Shown here: positions 9,760 to 23,160 of the stretch, piece by piece | Numbering within the stretch: the first letter of the stretch is position 1 | Layout: each line of letters starts with the position of its first letter | From: a virus | Lineage: Duplodnaviria > Caudoviricetes | Length of the DNA stretch: 57,563 bases | IMG/VR virus record: IMGVR_UViG_3300028598_000002 | Span: 1 to 57,563 of that record | Reading direction: 5' to 3' (one strand) | Notes under the pieces: generated by a model | The model's input: only the letters and a program-made list of their open reading frames with translations | Told to the model about the DNA's origin: nothing | The model's database searches: none | Position numbers and translations under genes: made by a program

Positions 9760-9908
9760 GTATGTTTCTTCGCCCCCGTAGTTCTCCTCTTGGTGTAGGG
9801 GTTGTGGTTAATGAACTTCTTCGCTACCTTCTTAGGTATCCCAATAGTTGACTTGCCCTTCGCCGCGGCATACATAGCTCGTCTCTGTGCTTCGCTTTTA
9901 AATGGCAT
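9756..9908 (-). CDS. Small basic phage protein ([10 protein letters not shown]-type)
   Basis: [50 protein letters not shown]; GTGA overlap with the next gene. Below the ORF-track size cut-off. Confidence 0.6.
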   Translation of the reverse strand: MPFKSEAQRRAMYAAAKGKSTIGIPKKVAKKFINHNPYTKRRTTGAKKHT

Positions 9909-9910
9909 CG

Positions 9911-10483
9911 TTACTTCCTATTCACCAACCCTGAGACTAAGGCAGCAAGACCAGAAGGCTGTGGGTTACCACCAGCAGCTTCGAGCTTCTGCTTATGCTC
10001 TTGTTTGAGTACACCAAAATAAGCCTGAAGCAACACTACGAGAGGGCCAATCGCTGCCAGCAGGAAAGGCCAACCGTCCGTGATGGTCTTGACCATATCC
10101 GTGTCAGCTTTATATATGCCGTATGACCAGAGACATACAGTCACCACAATGGTGAAAGCAATGACATGGAATGAGTGCTTCGCTATGTACGGTCTCGTGG
10201 TATGAGGATTTTTAGCATCAGACTCCAGCATTGTGCGAACCGTCTGATTAGATTCTTTGATCTGGGTAAGCTCGACATCGAACTCCTTTTCCATAAGTTG
10301 TGCTCGACTCTCAGCAGGTAGGCTATCAACCGCTGCCTGCATCTGAGTACCCGTTGCATTAGCTGGAAGTTTTTTATCATCAGGTAAGAACTCATTAACT
10401 GCACCGATTAATAACCCGGCACCGGGGACGGTGGCGCTGATCAATCCCGTACCAACTGTTTTAACTATATCCCAGAGCTTCAT
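9911..10483 (-). CDS. Holin (3TM-holin-like)
   Basis: 190 aa with 'RPYIA' followed by two TM helices ending 'AYFG'; adjacent to the endolysin. Confidence 0.65.
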   Translation of the reverse strand: MKLWDIVKTVGTGLISATVPGAGLLIGAVNEFLPDDKKLPANATGTQMQAAVDSLPAESRAQLMEKEFDVELTQIKESNQTVRTMLESDAKNPHTTRPYIAKHSFHVIAFTIVVTVCLWSYGIYKADTDMVKTITDGWPFLLAAIGPLVVLLQAYFGVLKQEHKQKLEAAGGNPQPSGLAALVSGLVNRK

Positions 10484-11007
10484 TTCTTCTCTCCGATAGT
10501 AAACTTTTGCATTCGGTTGCCTTTAGCTTTCCATGAGACATGCACCCATCCAGAATCAGGAACACCCTTTACAGGGTACTCACGTATGAGCTGATCATAT
10601 TCACAATTATCAGCAATCCAATCAAACAGATCATCGTTAGTAATACTAGCGACTTCAATATCAGCCGCCGCTCCTTCGGGGTGGCTTTTGCGTGCAAAGT
10701 ACTTATCCCACGAAGTACGGTACGTAGGATTGAGTCCGTTCTCCTCGCACCAGTTAATGAACGCTTTCTTGGTGATGACCTTTTCAAGCGGTTCTCCTCG
10801 GAACCACGAATTAACCTTGGTTGATCCGTGTGTGTCCCGAATAGGCTGCAAGATGTTCAGGGTCAGACCCTGAGCATTTTCCTGCACTTCCTCATCGTCG
10901 CTTTCATTATCGATCTCCAGCCTACTGGCAGTTTCGCTTTTCCATACCTCGTACCATTTAAAATTTAAACAGTCAGGATGGACTTGTGCTAGTGGATTAG
11001 GTCTCAT
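10480..11007 (-). CDS. Endolysin, peptidase M15 family
   Basis: 'LQPIRD', 'NSWFR', 'SHPEGAAADI' (H...D) and 'GWVHVS' zinc-ligand motifs of M15 peptidases. Confidence 0.8.
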   Translation of the reverse strand: MRPNPLAQVHPDCLNFKWYEVWKSETASRLEIDNESDDEEVQENAQGLTLNILQPIRDTHGSTKVNSWFRGEPLEKVITKKAFINWCEENGLNPTYRTSWDKYFARKSHPEGAAADIEVASITNDDLFDWIADNCEYDQLIREYPVKGVPDSGWVHVSWKAKGNRMQKFTIGEKK

Positions 11008-11522
11008 TACGTATCCGCGTTACCTGCATTAATGTCGTCAGTGTAGTCAGTAATTGCTTCTGCTCTGGTACGGGTATTCGTTGCCAGATAATTAGCTGGC
11101 AGAGTGTTCAAACGGTTAGCGGCATTGCCACCAGTTGACTGCACCGTTTCCAGCGCACTCTGAATCTGGAGAATCCGAGTGATGATGTAGTTATCCCTCT
11201 TATTGAACAGCTCAACTATCTCGCGAAACTGGATTCCTTCTAAGCCAGCATTAGAAGCATCAGCGGGGACAGTCGTGGCATCAATAGCATCTTGTTGGTT
11301 ATTCGTAGTTTGAGCTGCCTCAATTGCAGCGTTAACTACAGCCTTTTCTACTGGTGTCATTTCAGTAACAACATCCCCAGCGATGTTCCAGTAGATCGAG
11401 TTCGGTTCCTGCGGCAATACGCCAGACAAATCTGGATTGATAATCCAATCCAGCGGATCGAAGGCAGGCGTATTTACGCTCTGCAAATACTGCTTCGTTG
11501 TCCTATTCAGTACGTCAGCCAT
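11007..11522 (-). CDS. Hypothetical tail-associated protein/fibre chaperone
   Basis: 171 aa, directly downstream of the fibre genes; 'VTEMTPVEKA' type motif. Confidence 0.45.
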   Translation of the reverse strand: MADVLNRTTKQYLQSVNTPAFDPLDWIINPDLSGVLPQEPNSIYWNIAGDVVTEMTPVEKAVVNAAIEAAQTTNNQQDAIDATTVPADASNAGLEGIQFREIVELFNKRDNYIITRILQIQSALETVQSTGGNAANRLNTLPANYLATNTRTRAEAITDYTDDINAGNADT

Positions 11523-12166
11523 TAAACATTTCTCCTGTATCTGAGTCCCGCATCATAATTGTGTGTCGGCGTACCAGTGATGCTTGAGGCATGAAGTGCT
11601 TGAACCTGTTCATACAGGGTCGCCACTGTTTGACCTTCCACGCCACCATTCATATGGTAGAGCAAGCTATCAGCGACAATGCCATCCGTTCCCCTACAGG
11701 CAAACAGTGTTTGAATCTCGCCAGCCGATAGCGCTCGATCAAATACCCGAAAGTTTGCAACAACACCATTCCACCCCTGTCCAGCACCGCCGGGGGACAC
11801 GCCAATGTTATTAAGGCCATTCTGTGCTCCCGAAAAACTAGCTGATAGATTAGAACTAACCTGTACTCCATCGACATAACCAAATCGATCACCATTAGTT
11901 ACATCCTGCACGAACACAACATGAGTAAACTGACCAATCGGATTAAGTGTCACCGTGATTAGTGTGCCTGATTGTAGATGGTCACTCGTCAGTACCAGTG
12001 AGCCACTCGAAGATCGAGACTCCCACCCACCAGTATTACCACCCGGTCGCCGGTTACCGCTAGTGCTGTCCACACGCAGGGTCATTTCAACTGTATGATC
12101 TGAACTGGCACGGTTGTAGTTGGCTATCGTAGTAGCCCACTCACTGCCATTCATTGCCATACCCAT
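11522..12166 (-). CDS. LamG/concanavalin A-like lectin-domain virion protein
   Basis: 'FTHVVFV...YVDGVQV...IG.....WNGVVANFRVFDRALSAGEI' LamG-like signature. Confidence 0.75.
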   Translation of the reverse strand: MGMAMNGSEWATTIANYNRASSDHTVEMTLRVDSTSGNRRPGGNTGGWESRSSSGSLVLTSDHLQSGTLITVTLNPIGQFTHVVFVQDVTNGDRFGYVDGVQVSSNLSASFSGAQNGLNNIGVSPGGAGQGWNGVVANFRVFDRALSAGEIQTLFACRGTDGIVADSLLYHMNGGVEGQTVATLYEQVQALHASSITGTPTHNYDAGLRYRRNV

Positions 12167-15100
12167 TATCTGAACTCGATTGTTACCGATAGCAGAGCCA
12201 GATCACCTACCAGTGTGTCACCACCAGCATTGGCATCCCGGCTCAGTTGCATTTGATAAATCTCACCCGCGGTCAGCCCCCAAGAGGCCAAAGTGCCGGG
12301 GCTGAAAGTTTCGGTATAAACAAAATTCTCATTTGCCGGTAAGTTAATATCGGACAGTGCATTAGTAGACCATGCTGCTACCGCGGTACCATCACCAATC
12401 GCCCGTTTATGTAATACCATCACAGCGTTTTGTAAGGTGACACCACTCTCGCGCCTTGCATGGGTCACTACGCGCATAAACTTCGCTTGCTCCGGTACCT
12501 TGACGATAAAGCCGATAGCCTCGTCAGTGCCATCGTCGAAGAGCCTGACCGTCAATGCGTCATTGTTCGAGTCAGCCGAAGCAGGTGCGCCGACATTGAC
12601 GTTCCAGTTACCACCAACCGTGTACTCAACCTGATCCGCAAAGAAGTCATAAATCTTGAGTGGGATCGCCTCACCTGCATAGCGCATCACGCCTTCTTGG
12701 GTATTAATATCCTCACGACCTGCAACCGCGGTGAATTGGTTATCAACACCGTAGGCAATACCGTTATCGATAATTGTCTGCGCGTAGGTTTTACCCTGAA
12801 TCATCTGGCCGATGTCAGCATGAACTTCGAGGATAGTGAGCGAGTCATCCTGATCTGCGATATGTAGAGATATATCACCATCGACCTCGCCCGCCATGAT
12901 CCGCACACCGTTACCGGTTGCCCTGCCTTGTACTGTAAGCGGGTAGGTGTTATCAGGAGTGATGCCTGTGCCAGCCTGAAAGTCAAGCTGCAAGAATCCA
13001 GTGGCTTCATCAGCATCAAACAGGATACGCGGCACCTCGCTGGCAGAGCCATCGAGCATACGCAAGATACCTTGATTACTGCCGCCCGTATTCAGCTCCA
13101 TACAGCCATTGCTGGTACCACCAATGAAACGGAATATCTCGCCGCTTACAGTGGTGTTTGTGATGAACAAGACAGGACCAGCAACACCTGCCTCAATGGT
13201 GACTACGCCTGAATCATCGTAGGTGAATACTCCAGCAGTCTCGCCTTGAATCAGCGTACCGGTCGCACCGTCGAATCGGACAACCTGATTATCGGTTGAG
13301 GAGCCGGGGCCGACTACATCACCACCACCAGCAATCGAAGCCCACGTACCGTCACCTCTCCAGTAGGTCGAAGCACTGGCACCTGTGCCGCCATTCAGAT
13401 TACCTACCGGGAGATCCCCGGTGATGTCTGTTGCGAGGTCAATTGGGTCTACCTGAATATCTTGACCAACAAGCGTCAGGTAAGTACCTGTGCCTGACAG
13501 GGTGACAGGAGTACTGTTATCTGTTCCCGCCACATCAACATTAAGAGTAGTTCGTGCTGTGGCAGCGTCAACATCATCAACTAAACTCGCACCGAAAGTT
13601 GAAATCGTAGTGTTAGCAGGGAGGCTGAAAGTATCCAGATCAGCATCGAGGCTTGGGATATCTGACAGGGTTATCGGGTCAACCTGTATGTCCTGCCCGA
13701 CAAGTGTTAGATAGGTCCCGGTTCCTGACAGGGTGACAGGAACACTGTTATCGGTACCTGCTGGATCAACACCCAAGGTAGTCCGTGCTGTAGCAGCATC
13801 AGCATCATCTACCAGTGTCGCACCGAAAGCAGATATCGTGGTACTGGCTGGTAAACTGAACGTCTCCAGATTCGTATTAAGCGCACCGACATCCAAGCCA
13901 TCCACTGTTCCCGGGGTTGCGATATTGCCTGAATCATCAATCGTAACAAGGCTATCTTGGATCAGCTTACCGGTCGCAGTATCGTATCTGGCGATTGCTT
14001 CATCGGTCGCACCGGCTGGCCCAACGACATCACCGCCCGCAGGGACAAGATCCAAAATATCCTGAATGGTGAAACGCAGGTTTGAGGCAGTGCCATCATC
14101 AACCGCAACCTCATCAGTCGCATCGAGCGTAACACCGGCAGCGAGATTGCTGATGTCCAGTGACCAGTCAACCTGATCCACGCCGGGGGTGCCTGAGTTA
14201 GTTGCATCGACACTAATACCACCATTGTTAACCAGACCTTTGAACAGGACTTGCTCAAACGTGCTTGATGCCAGCGTAGTACCTGTATCACCTTGAATAG
14301 CACCATAGGCATTGAGGGTTGCATTAATGTCAGTGAGTTCTATAGGGTCAACTTGGATGTCCTGCCCGACAAGCGTGAGGTAAGTGCCTGTTCCTGAGAG
14401 CGTGACAGGAGTACTGTTATCTGTCCCTGCTACGTCAACATTAAGGGTGCCCCTTGCTGTAGCGGCATCAGCATCATCTATCAGTGTCGCACCGAAAGCG
14501 CTAATCGTAGTGCTAGCCGGTAAGCTGAACGTCTCCAGATCAGTATCGAGAGCACCAACATCTAAGCCATCTACGGTACCCGGCGTGCTGATATTTCCTG
14601 ATCCATCTACCGTAACCAGAGAATCCTGAATCAGCTTACCGCTGACACCATCGTACAGGGCGATTGCCGTATCAGTCGCACTCGCAGGGCCGACAACATC
14701 ACCGGTACCAACCGCATCAACCGTAAGCAGGAATAGGCAAGAGCAGTCTTGATTGTTCTGGTAGAGCGTATCTGAGTTGACGACCGTAACAGGAACTGTC
14801 CACCAGCCACCGTTGTCAGTGGGTGCGCCAGACACTTGGAACAGAGCAGCCCTCGTTGCATCATTAGCCTGCTGAACATAAATCCTATTACCAGTCTGCA
14901 AGAAGCCCAGCAAGGTGCTCGCATCGAAGTTCTGATTGGTCGTATCGTTGAAGTAAAGCGCAGTGATACTCGCCATCGTGGCGTTATTCGCGGAGAATCT
15001 TTTATTGCCGGGATCAGCCGCGGCAGTCGCCGTATTAAAATTCCACGAACCACTGACAGTTCCGCCACCACTGGTAACGGTAACAACACCATTTTCATCG

Positions 15101-15465
15101 ATAGTGGCATCGCCAGACATAGTGACATTGACAAACCCGGGCTCAGGGGTTGCCGCTGAATCGTAAACATATATCTGCCCATTAATCGGAGTACCGACAA
15201 TCTCAAATGGGGGTGCCGGGGTTGTAACTGTACCGAGGTGAGCTGCAACAACGGCATCAAGAGCTGTCTGCTCTGGGCCAGTCAGTGCTGGTTCGAAGGT
15301 AAAAGTAACCCCAGTTGGAGCACCGGCAGGTGTCTTTTCACTATATTCCAGCTTGGTAGCGAGGCCGGGATCAGCATCGCGAGTTTCCATTTCCAGCGAA
15401 AACAAGTCAGCATCAGTGCCACCTTGGGCTACGAACGCGGAAAATAGATAAAATTCTGTAGCCAT
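12166..15465 (-). CDS. Long tail fibre protein (1099 aa) with internal repeats
   Basis: G/T/D/A-rich; repeated GDVVGP.SATD...QVDPI modules; WRGDGTWA fibre motif. Confidence 0.75.
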   Translation of the reverse strand: MATEFYLFSAFVAQGGTDADLFSLEMETRDADPGLATKLEYSEKTPAGAPTGVTFTFEPALTGPEQTALDAVVAAHLGTVTTPAPPFEIVGTPINGQIYVYDSAATPEPGFVNVTMSGDATIDENGVVTVTSGGGTVSGSWNFNTATAAADPGNKRFSANNATMASITALYFNDTTNQNFDASTLLGFLQTGNRIYVQQANDATRAALFQVSGAPTDNGGWWTVPVTVVNSDTLYQNNQDCSCLFLLTVDAVGTGDVVGPASATDTAIALYDGVSGKLIQDSLVTVDGSGNISTPGTVDGLDVGALDTDLETFSLPASTTISAFGATLIDDADAATARGTLNVDVAGTDNSTPVTLSGTGTYLTLVGQDIQVDPIELTDINATLNAYGAIQGDTGTTLASSTFEQVLFKGLVNNGGISVDATNSGTPGVDQVDWSLDISNLAAGVTLDATDEVAVDDGTASNLRFTIQDILDLVPAGGDVVGPAGATDEAIARYDTATGKLIQDSLVTIDDSGNIATPGTVDGLDVGALNTNLETFSLPASTTISAFGATLVDDADAATARTTLGVDPAGTDNSVPVTLSGTGTYLTLVGQDIQVDPITLSDIPSLDADLDTFSLPANTTISTFGASLVDDVDAATARTTLNVDVAGTDNSTPVTLSGTGTYLTLVGQDIQVDPIDLATDITGDLPVGNLNGGTGASASTYWRGDGTWASIAGGGDVVGPGSSTDNQVVRFDGATGTLIQGETAGVFTYDDSGVVTIEAGVAGPVLFITNTTVSGEIFRFIGGTSNGCMELNTGGSNQGILRMLDGSASEVPRILFDADEATGFLQLDFQAGTGITPDNTYPLTVQGRATGNGVRIMAGEVDGDISLHIADQDDSLTILEVHADIGQMIQGKTYAQTIIDNGIAYGVDNQFTAVAGREDINTQEGVMRYAGEAIPLKIYDFFADQVEYTVGGNWNVNVGAPASADSNNDALTVRLFDDGTDEAIGFIVKVPEQAKFMRVVTHARRESGVTLQNAVMVLHKRAIGDGTAVAAWSTNALSDINLPANENFVYTETFSPGTLASWGLTAGEIYQMQLSRDANAGGDTLVGDLALLSVTIEFR

Positions 15466-16973
15466 TAAGTGAGCCTCCTGACTTCGAGCCGCCTACGTCG
15501 AACCTCACCAGTTGTGCCAGTCAGTGGGAAAAAATCAATCGTTAGGGAATGAGCGCCAGCCGTAAGGTTGACCTCGCGCATACCTGAAACAGGTGCTTCG
15601 ACGGTCACACCAATTGGAATTGCAATATCGTTAAATGCCTGATCAGCTGCGTCGAGTTGTACTCGGGTTCGGGTAATCGAATTAACCGTATCATTCTTAG
15701 TCTCGAAGTACCACTTGATTAGATAATCGCCCGCTGCCGGGGTAGTGAAATTCAGTGTCAGCGCATTAACAAATGCCGCCGCGGTCGTAGTAGTTGACCC
15801 TTCCGTTTCCGCATAGTCGGAGTATTCTAAAATACTGGTACCAACGGGTGTCCAGACAACCCCATCATTCTGATACAGAGAATCGAGGTCGGTATCGTAG
15901 ACGACCAAACCCTCAACATCAGTCAGGCCGGTACGCTGTGCCGTAGTCAGCCTTGGGAATAAGATACCACCGTTCGTTCCTTGGAAGTCAGCGATTGCAG
16001 TATCGGCGGTGTCACTGAGTACCAGTTTCGTAGCATCGGCAGCTCTGAGAACTAGGTCACCAAGATGAGCAATAACGCGCAACTCATTAGCGGAATCGAC
16101 ATAGATTATTTCAGCTACCTCTACCGCAGCCTGATCCATGATGAGTGTAGGATTACCAGTTGCACTCGCAGAAATCGAGACTTCTGGCGATGAGACTGTA
16201 CCATCACCAACAGTTAAGTGATGATTTGCGCCACCCCAATCAAGAGCAGGATCGGCACCAAATGCACCAGCACTGTTAAACTGGATCTGACCATCTATGC
16301 CAGCAGGAGTACCAGCAGGAGCAGAATAGTTACCAGTTTCATCAAGGTAGTTAGTAGCCGCACCAGCATTGCTGAGGGTTACACCATTGACGGAAGTTCC
16401 TGTAATCGCTGCATCAAGATTGACAATCGGGTTAACAGGGTCAGTCGCATCAACACTGATGTTGGTACCACCAACTACAGAGTCAACTTGCCCACTACCA
16501 ACGGGTGTCGCCCACGTACCATCGCCGCGCCAGAACGTAGTGGCACTCGCGCCAGTTCCACCGTTGAGATTAGCTACCGGTAAATCGCCAGTGATATCAG
16601 TAGTCAGGTCAATCGGATCTACTTGAATATCCTGCCCAACGAGGGTCAGATAAGTCCCTGTTCCTGAGAGCGTGACATTAGTGCTGTTATCCGTCCCTGC
16701 AACATCGACGTTAAGGGTACCCCTTGCTGTTGCGGCATCAGCATCATCGATTAGTGTGGCACCGAAAGCTGAAATCGTAGTACTGGCTGGTAAGCTGAAC
16801 GTCTCCAGATCAGTATCCAGTGCACCGACATCCAAACCATCTATGGTGCCCGGGGTTGCGATGTTGCCTGAGTCGTCAATTGTGACAAGGCTATCCTGAA
16901 TCAGCTTACCAGTTGCGGTGTCATATCTAGCAACCGCTTCATCAGTCGCACCTGCGGGGCCAACTACATCACC
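13340..16973 (-). repeat. ~120-aa module shared by the two fibre genes (approx. 14341-14703, 13673-14034, partial 13441-13640, and 16611-16973)
   Basis: Near-identical translations ([50 protein letters not shown]...QDIQVDPI) in both ORFs. Coordinates approximate. Confidence 0.85.
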
Positions 16974-19900
16974 GCCAGCGGGAACAGCTTCAAGTGAGAT
17001 CAGACCGGTACCGAAGTCATACGTCAGAACAAAGTTATCTTGTCCAACTCCGACAGTTTGATCTGCATCAAATTGAAAATTACCGAGATTAATATCTTGA
17101 GCGTTAAGGTTTATTGTGCCCGTACTTTGAGCATTGAGAGTCAAGACATTGAGATTGGTATTCCCCAGAACCAGAGAGCTGACTGTCGTACCAGCGGCAC
17201 GCTCAGCAACTAAAAGATCGTCAAAGGAATTATAGGCATCATTAGCTGAGCGAAGTTTGAACTCAATGCCATTAAGATTGAATTCCCAGTTTTTCTCGTC
17301 AAGAGGTCGGCTGGTATCCTCGAAGCGCAGACTCTGGGAGGCACCAGCATTAGTTAATACTAGGTCACCAGCGGTAATGGTTGCCACTGATCCGTCATAT
17401 GTGAAATTAGCACTGCCTTCTATATCGTTTGCAGTTGCAGCACCTACAGCAATTTGGTTATCAGTTATCGAGCCACCAATAAACGTTCCTGCTGGAGCAT
17501 TGAGAATGGTTTCAGCACCCAGTTCATCAACAAACACAAGTTCCTGCGGATCGGTATCTCGGACGTATAACTGACCAAACAAAAGCTCGTCATCAAAACC
17601 GTCAATTGACTGCTGACGAAAACGCACCCCGCGCTCGAATGTAGTTCCCTCGCGGTTAAGGGTTTGCTGCACGACATTATCAGCTAATAGCTGTAACAGG
17701 CTGGTCGTATCACTGCCTGCTACCTTGGCACCGACTTGCAAAATATCGTTCGTCGGAAAGAACTGGATTCCCGCCATTTGGATGCCAGCATGGTAAAAGA
17801 AGATAGAGCCGACACCGAGATTACCCGCTACCTGATCGAGTATTATCTGCGGATTCCGCGCTGCCGTGGCATCAACCGTTAACGTCCGGTCAAATCCAGA
17901 TTCGGTATATGTCAATTCCGGCCCTGCGCCGAATGAACCAGAGTCGTTATATTGGATTTGGGTATCTGCACCAGCAGGGGCACCACCACCGGTATCAGTC
18001 AGGTCAAATTCGACGCCTGACTCAGTAGTAAATTTAATGTGCTCGTCAGCTGAATCTACCCAGAGTTGACCATAGGTAGGTCTATCAGCAATCGAAGCAG
18101 CTCGCTCCAAAATGAAGATCGGCTGATTAAGCTCAATGGCACCGGTCTCCAGCGCCATGACTTTCGTGCCGTTGGGGATATCAAATTCAAGCTGACCAGC
18201 AGTGTCATCCCATCTTGCTATTGCGCTCTCAACACCAGCGGTACGCCACGTGTGCTTACCGATACCACCTACCGGTGCGCTGACTGAAATCTCTGGTTGT
18301 GACAACCCAGCATCGCCTACAACGAACTGGTCAATGGTAGGGTTAAATGTTAATGCTGGGTTAGCATCAAAAGCACCGAGAGTGTTGTACTGGATCTGGT
18401 TTGATGAACCAGCAGCAGCACCACCAGCAGCTGCTTCAAGCGATATCAGACCAGTGCCAAAGTCATAGGTTAATACGAAATTGTCCTGACCGGCACCGAC
18501 AGTCTGATCAGCATCGAAAGCGAAATTGCCCAGATTAACAAGGTCGGTATTTAGCGTTATGAAGTTTTGCGCTACCCACTCGATATCGTCTACCTGTATA
18601 CCGACACCGGTACCGCTGCGCTGAACCTTTTCGTAGTAAATATTAATGAGCTGGTCGTCGGTCGAGATTTGTCGCTCTTGCCAGCTTCCAGTAACATGCG
18701 TTCTGAATACTTTCTGATCCAGAGGACGCCCAGTTTCCGACAAGACAATCGTAGGCTGAGTACCAGCCATGAACAGCTTAGCAGTGCCAGACTCGAAGGT
18801 AAGATCAGCACTACCCTCGATGTCGTTAGCAGTTGCCGCACCAACAGCCAGTTGATTGTCAGCAATCGAACCACCGATACCACCGCCACCAGTAGCAGCT
18901 TCAAGTGAAATTAATCCAGTACCCTGATCGTAGGTCAGTACAAAATTATCCTGACCCGCACCGATAGTCTGGTCGGCGTCGAACGCCATGGTCCCCAAAG
19001 TAGCAACGCGGGTGCTGAAATTACCACCGATTAAAGGCGTATCAGTTGCCGACTGATCGATATACAACCGATTAGAAAGGTTAAATGTTGCGGGGCCTGC
19101 AAGTGGGCCAATTGCAACATTGTTATCACCTGATGCCCCGAAGTTACCACTGAAATAACCAACGGCTACATTTCGTTCACCACCTTGGGTCAGCGCCAGA
19201 TAACCAATACCGGTGTTCTCATCGCCAAGCACACTGGTAGAACCTGATGATCCACCGACGAAAGTGTTATTGTCATTGTTGCTTAAAGACGAGCCAGCTG
19301 AATTACCGATACCGATGTTACGGTCACCGTTATTCATCCCGCTCAAAGCACCGGAGCCGACACCGGTATTGAGGGACGCACCCGACATGGTAACTGCGCC
19401 AACATTGTTACCGACAAAGGTATTGTTCTGCGCCGTTCCAAGGTTCGGCGAATTCATAGTATTGTGGCCGACAACAACATTGCCACCGACTGATAGTATG
19501 CCGCCGCCAGAATCGTTTAATGAATTATTACCTATGGCAATATTGAGGTCTGACGTAAGTAGTGCTGTACCTGCGTTTTCACCCAGTAGGATATTGTCTG
19601 AACCGGTAGTTAAACTCGCTCCCGCTCCATCCATTGCAACATAGTTATGAGTACCAGTACCAGCAAATAAGGAAGCACCGTATAAGTTATTATTCGCATC
19701 TTCTGTGAATACCCCACTACCGCCAGCTAACCCAAGTTGGAAATCTGTACCGGCATCGTCGGTGAACCATAATGTATTTGGTGTTCCATCCAATACCCAT
19801 AGTTGGCCGTACCCACCTACGTCAATATCAGCAGCTGCTTTCTCTTCCATGTAAATTGACGCGCCGTTTGCCATTATTAACGCGCCAGCTGCTGTACCAA

Positions 19901-22544
19901 AGGACCCAGTATTACCTTCAACTATAACGGGAGTATTAAAATCATCGAGGAATTCAACTGCTCCCTCATCAGCTTTCAGGGTGAGAATACTGCCTTCAAG
20001 TCCCGCGGCATCCCTACCATAAATACGAATTTCACCACCCCAAACTTCACTTCTAATCTGAAGCTCGTTATCGATATCGAAACCAATTCTTGCATAGCGA
20101 TTAGCATCGAGTGATTCAATATTGAACCACGCCTCAATTGGGTCAGCAGCTGTTGGATCTCCGATACCACCGGAGCGTAAATTAATCTCCCCCTGTAAAG
20201 CCTCGAAGAAAATATCGCCAGCATTATCAAGCAGGAGTTGATCCGTCTGCCATTCCATGGAGCTGGTGCCATCACCAACGCTAAAAATCCCAGTAGCATC
20301 ATCATAGGTAAAATTAGCATTGGCACCGAAAGCAGAGCCGCCATCGTTAAAAATAACCTGTGTATCAGCGCCGGGTGGAGGTGCTGCAAGGTTCGGTACG
20401 ACTGTCCAGTTACCAGCAAAAGTGGTCGTACTGGGGGTATCGACTAAAGCAATTAGTAGATCACCGACAATGAAAGCCTGTCCGTCTACCGTCCCTGCGA
20501 CCGAACAGTTGAACCAGTCTCCCTGACTACTGGTTACAGGGAAGGTACCAATTGAAGCGTCAAACGTGCCTTGGTACTCGCCAAACTGAGCAGCGGAGGG
20601 GACAGAATAACTCCCTGTCTCATCAAGATAGCTAGTCGCCGCACCGGCAGTGCTGAGAGTTACCCCGTTGACGGAGGTACCCGTGATCGCAGCATCGAGA
20701 TTGACAATCGGATTAATAGGATCAGTAGCATCAACATTGATATTTGTGCCACCGATTACAGTATTTACTTGTCCTCCACCACCGCCACCGGTCCCCATGT
20801 AAGCAATGACGTACATGGTGTAGACGTTACGTGGGCGGGTTTCGTTACCGCCTGTAAAAGCAGTGTTACGGCCCTGCGCGGTGCTACGTTGGTCTGGAGC
20901 ACCACCGTTATCAGTAAATCCGCCAATATTTTGTTGTGCCGTAAAACTATGTCGATGTGATTCAAGTTGATCAGCCTGCTTGGTACCAACATTATCACCA
21001 GTAGTTCCATCACCCCGGTCAGTACGCGAGCCAGAATCAGGATCGTTGCCTGCTCCATTATCCCAGCCACGCAGGAATTCACCCCTGTAGTCAGGCAAGT
21101 TAAAGGTCGCACCAGCGCCACCATAGGTGTAACCAATGACAGCGAACAGGGCGGCATAAACTGTGGTATCTACGCCTGAACCATCACACTCAAGAAAGCC
21201 GGTTGGTGGGGTATCAGTGGTCCAAGGAATAACACCACCAATTGGAAGGCTACCGCCCCCACCACCGCCAAGGTCACTAATCGTCAAGACGCGCTCGAAA
21301 CCTGCGCCAGTAGAAAGATTGTTAACTTCCAAACCGCCAGCGGTATCCGCCAGCGTTCGCGCTACTTGAGTCTTAGCAGGGCCGGTATTATTGTAGAAAA
21401 TCCATTGGCCGACACTTTCATCCCACATGCCTGCGATAACGCCATCTGATCCAAACTGTACATCGCCGGGGGCAGTCGGATGGTTCTGTCCATACATGGC
21501 GACCTGACCGCCTTCGTTGAAGTCAGCACCACCAGCAAGAGTCAATCCACCAATAGTTCCGACTCGCGTTATCTTCGGAAAGCTGGTAGTGGCCACGCCT
21601 AGCTTGATGTGCGGGGCGGCGTTATTGATATTCAGATTTGCAGCACTGTAGGTTAGCTCCGTACCGCTCCATGTTAGATCAGCAATGCCACCAAACACAC
21701 CAGCGTTATTGAACTGTAATTGAGTATCTGCACCGCCCGGGATACCGGCACCACCGGTATCAGTCAAATCGTAATCAGTACCCGCAGGGTCTGTGTAGAT
21801 CAGCTTCTGATCTGAACTCCGCATCCATATTTCACCCTTAGTAATATCAAGGGGAAAGGCATGGTCAGCACGTTCTTCGAGTCGATAGCCACCATCGCGC
21901 AAATCCAGACCGGTCGCATCGAAGAAAGCCGCGGCAGTATTGTTCGCGAATATCCTTACGCTGGCATCACCCTCGATCCGGAATGAGTCATCAGAATCGA
22001 GGTACGTAATGATGCCTTTGATATCACCAGCTTGCTCGAAGTACAGTCTTGGATCACCAGCGGCAGCGGCGTCTATATGCAGAATCGGGTTACCTAACGG
22101 GCCCGGGCCGAGCGTCAGTTCTCCTAAAGTTATGTTGTATCGTAGGTCTGTAACACCTTCAAAAAGACCGGCATTATTAAACTGGACAGTGGTATCAGCA
22201 CCGCCGATCTTATTCAGTTCGATCTGGTTGGCGAATTCATCCAGAGTACCCATGGTGACTCTGTTTTCCACAACATCATTAGTAGCGAAAGCTTCAGCTG
22301 TTGTACCACCAACAGCTCGGGTCACAGTTAGTACATTTCCTGTTACGTCAGTGACGATAACTACTTCTGATACGAATACCCCCGCAACCTGTTTTTCAAA
22401 TACCGCGTAGAAATATTCAGCACCTGCAATAGGTGGGAAGGTCGAAGCATCATCGACTGTTACTGTTGTATCCGCAGGAGCAACTGGGGCGGCAAATACC
22501 GCTCGCCCAAAATTGACAAACTGCGTGTTACTGGTATTGGGCAT
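15465..22544 (-). CDS. Giant multi-module tail fibre/adhesin (2359 aa)
   Basis: Tail-collar domain (LPIGGVIPW...[12 protein letters not shown]...ETRPRNV); YadA-head-like N..G..A repeats; repeated GADTQ.Q.N..G.F and [16 protein letters not shown] motifs. Confidence 0.8.
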   Translation of the reverse strand: MPNTSNTQFVNFGRAVFAAPVAPADTTVTVDDASTFPPIAGAEYFYAVFEKQVAGVFVSEVVIVTDVTGNVLTVTRAVGGTTAEAFATNDVVENRVTMGTLDEFANQIELNKIGGADTTVQFNNAGLFEGVTDLRYNITLGELTLGPGPLGNPILHIDAAAAGDPRLYFEQAGDIKGIITYLDSDDSFRIEGDASVRIFANNTAAAFFDATGLDLRDGGYRLEERADHAFPLDITKGEIWMRSSDQKLIYTDPAGTDYDLTDTGGAGIPGGADTQLQFNNAGVFGGIADLTWSGTELTYSAANLNINNAAPHIKLGVATTSFPKITRVGTIGGLTLAGGADFNEGGQVAMYGQNHPTAPGDVQFGSDGVIAGMWDESVGQWIFYNNTGPAKTQVARTLADTAGGLEVNNLSTGAGFERVLTISDLGGGGGGSLPIGGVIPWTTDTPPTGFLECDGSGVDTTVYAALFAVIGYTYGGAGATFNLPDYRGEFLRGWDNGAGNDPDSGSRTDRGDGTTGDNVGTKQADQLESHRHSFTAQQNIGGFTDNGGAPDQRSTAQGRNTAFTGGNETRPRNVYTMYVIAYMGTGGGGGGQVNTVIGGTNINVDATDPINPIVNLDAAITGTSVNGVTLSTAGAATSYLDETGSYSVPSAAQFGEYQGTFDASIGTFPVTSSQGDWFNCSVAGTVDGQAFIVGDLLIALVDTPSTTTFAGNWTVVPNLAAPPPGADTQVIFNDGGSAFGANANFTYDDATGIFSVGDGTSSMEWQTDQLLLDNAGDIFFEALQGEINLRSGGIGDPTAADPIEAWFNIESLDANRYARIGFDIDNELQIRSEVWGGEIRIYGRDAAGLEGSILTLKADEGAVEFLDDFNTPVIVEGNTGSFGTAAGALIMANGASIYMEEKAAADIDVGGYGQLWVLDGTPNTLWFTDDAGTDFQLGLAGGSGVFTEDANNNLYGASLFAGTGTHNYVAMDGAGASLTTGSDNILLGENAGTALLTSDLNIAIGNNSLNDSGGGILSVGGNVVVGHNTMNSPNLGTAQNNTFVGNNVGAVTMSGASLNTGVGSGALSGMNNGDRNIGIGNSAGSSLSNNDNNTFVGGSSGSTSVLGDENTGIGYLALTQGGERNVAVGYFSGNFGASGDNNVAIGPLAGPATFNLSNRLYIDQSATDTPLIGGNFSTRVATLGTMAFDADQTIGAGQDNFVLTYDQGTGLISLEAATGGGGIGGSIADNQLAVGAATANDIEGSADLTFESGTAKLFMAGTQPTIVLSETGRPLDQKVFRTHVTGSWQERQISTDDQLINIYYEKVQRSGTGVGIQVDDIEWVAQNFITLNTDLVNLGNFAFDADQTVGAGQDNFVLTYDFGTGLISLEAAAGGAAAGSSNQIQYNTLGAFDANPALTFNPTIDQFVVGDAGLSQPEISVSAPVGGIGKHTWRTAGVESAIARWDDTAGQLEFDIPNGTKVMALETGAIELNQPIFILERAASIADRPTYGQLWVDSADEHIKFTTESGVEFDLTDTGGGAPAGADTQIQYNDSGSFGAGPELTYTESGFDRTLTVDATAARNPQIILDQVAGNLGVGSIFFYHAGIQMAGIQFFPTNDILQVGAKVAGSDTTSLLQLLADNVVQQTLNREGTTFERGVRFRQQSIDGFDDELLFGQLYVRDTDPQELVFVDELGAETILNAPAGTFIGGSITDNQIAVGAATANDIEGSANFTYDGSVATITAGDLVLTNAGASQSLRFEDTSRPLDEKNWEFNLNGIEFKLRSANDAYNSFDDLLVAERAAGTTVSSLVLGNTNLNVLTLNAQSTGTINLNAQDINLGNFQFDADQTVGVGQDNFVLTYDFGTGLISLEAVPAGGDVVGPAGATDEAVARYDTATGKLIQDSLVTIDDSGNIATPGTIDGLDVGALDTDLETFSLPASTTISAFGATLIDDADAATARGTLNVDVAGTDNSTNVTLSGTGTYLTLVGQDIQVDPIDLTTDITGDLPVANLNGGTGASATTFWRGDGTWATPVGSGQVDSVVGGTNISVDATDPVNPIVNLDAAITGTSVNGVTLSNAGAATNYLDETGNYSAPAGTPAGIDGQIQFNSAGAFGADPALDWGGANHHLTVGDGTVSSPEVSISASATGNPTLIMDQAAVEVAEIIYVDSANELRVIAHLGDLVLRAADATKLVLSDTADTAIADFQGTNGGILFPRLTTAQRTGLTDVEGLVVYDTDLDSLYQNDGVVWTPVGTSILEYSDYAETEGSTTTTAAAFVNALTLNFTTPAAGDYLIKWYFETKNDTVNSITRTRVQLDAADQAFNDIAIPIGVTVEAPVSGMREVNLTAGAHSLTIDFFPLTGTTGEVRRRRLEVRRLT

Positions 22545-22864
22545 TAGAAGGTGCCTGAATCAATAAATTCGTCAAGGAACCCGGCAGTGGCGCGAAGCTC
22601 TACCCGGGAACCTAATGCATAATCTTGAGCTATGGTGCCTTCCTCTCCACGAGTCACTGTCAAAGTATCGGTGGAACGCTCAGTCAAGTGGACTACCTCT
22701 TTGACACCGCTAACATCCTCAAGAACAAGAACGGAATATTGAACGCCTGCAATCGGGTTCGGAAAAAACTGGCCTTGTCCGACATCCAATACAATAGTGG
22801 TGTCCGCGGCTAGTATGGGAACTGCCATGGTGCCTGACGCAAAATTGTTATAAATGACCTCCAT
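22544..22864 (-). CDS. Small fibre-attachment protein, paralogous to the N-terminus of the giant fibre
   Basis: NNFASG...ADTTIV...EVV.LT....TLTVTR...GT.A...VELR.TAG matches roughly residues 8-105 of 15465..22544. Confidence 0.65.
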   Translation of the reverse strand: MEVIYNNFASGTMAVPILAADTTIVLDVGQGQFFPNPIAGVQYSVLVLEDVSGVKEVVHLTERSTDTLTVTRGEEGTIAQDYALGSRVELRATAGFLDEFIDSGTF

Positions 22865-23160
22865 TAAATCTCCTCCACAACGAACTCAAGTTCGTCCTGC
22901 CAAATTTGTCCGTCAGTAGTTTGAACCGTAACTTCCACTTTATAGCGCTCTCCGTCTTCTCCACCTCCACAAAAGATAACAACTGTTCGAAGTGAGGTAC
23001 CAATACCAGCGCTGTTGATGACGAATGGTGTTGTTGTCACGGGCGTAACAACAGTGCCATTAATCGCGGCTAGTATGTTGGGGTCTTGTAACCTCTCTGT
23101 GTAGTCAATCGTAAACTTACGATTCTCAGCAGGTTGCATGAAAAATCTATCCAGTAACAT
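22864..23160 (-). CDS. Fibre-tail adaptor-like protein
   Basis: 98 aa with 'QPAE...FTIDY...GGEDGERYKVEV.V.T.DG' pattern; tail module context. Confidence 0.55.
   Translation of the reverse strand: MLLDRFFMQPAENRKFTIDYTERLQDPNILAAINGTVVTPVTTTPFVINSAGIGTSLRTVVIFCGGGEDGERYKVEVTVQTTDGQIWQDELEFVVEEI

Noticed and set aside
12166-22544. Diversity-generating retroelement suggested by repeated fibre segments
   Set aside because: No reverse transcriptase in the window, all copies are coding, and the differences look synonymous rather than adenine-specific.
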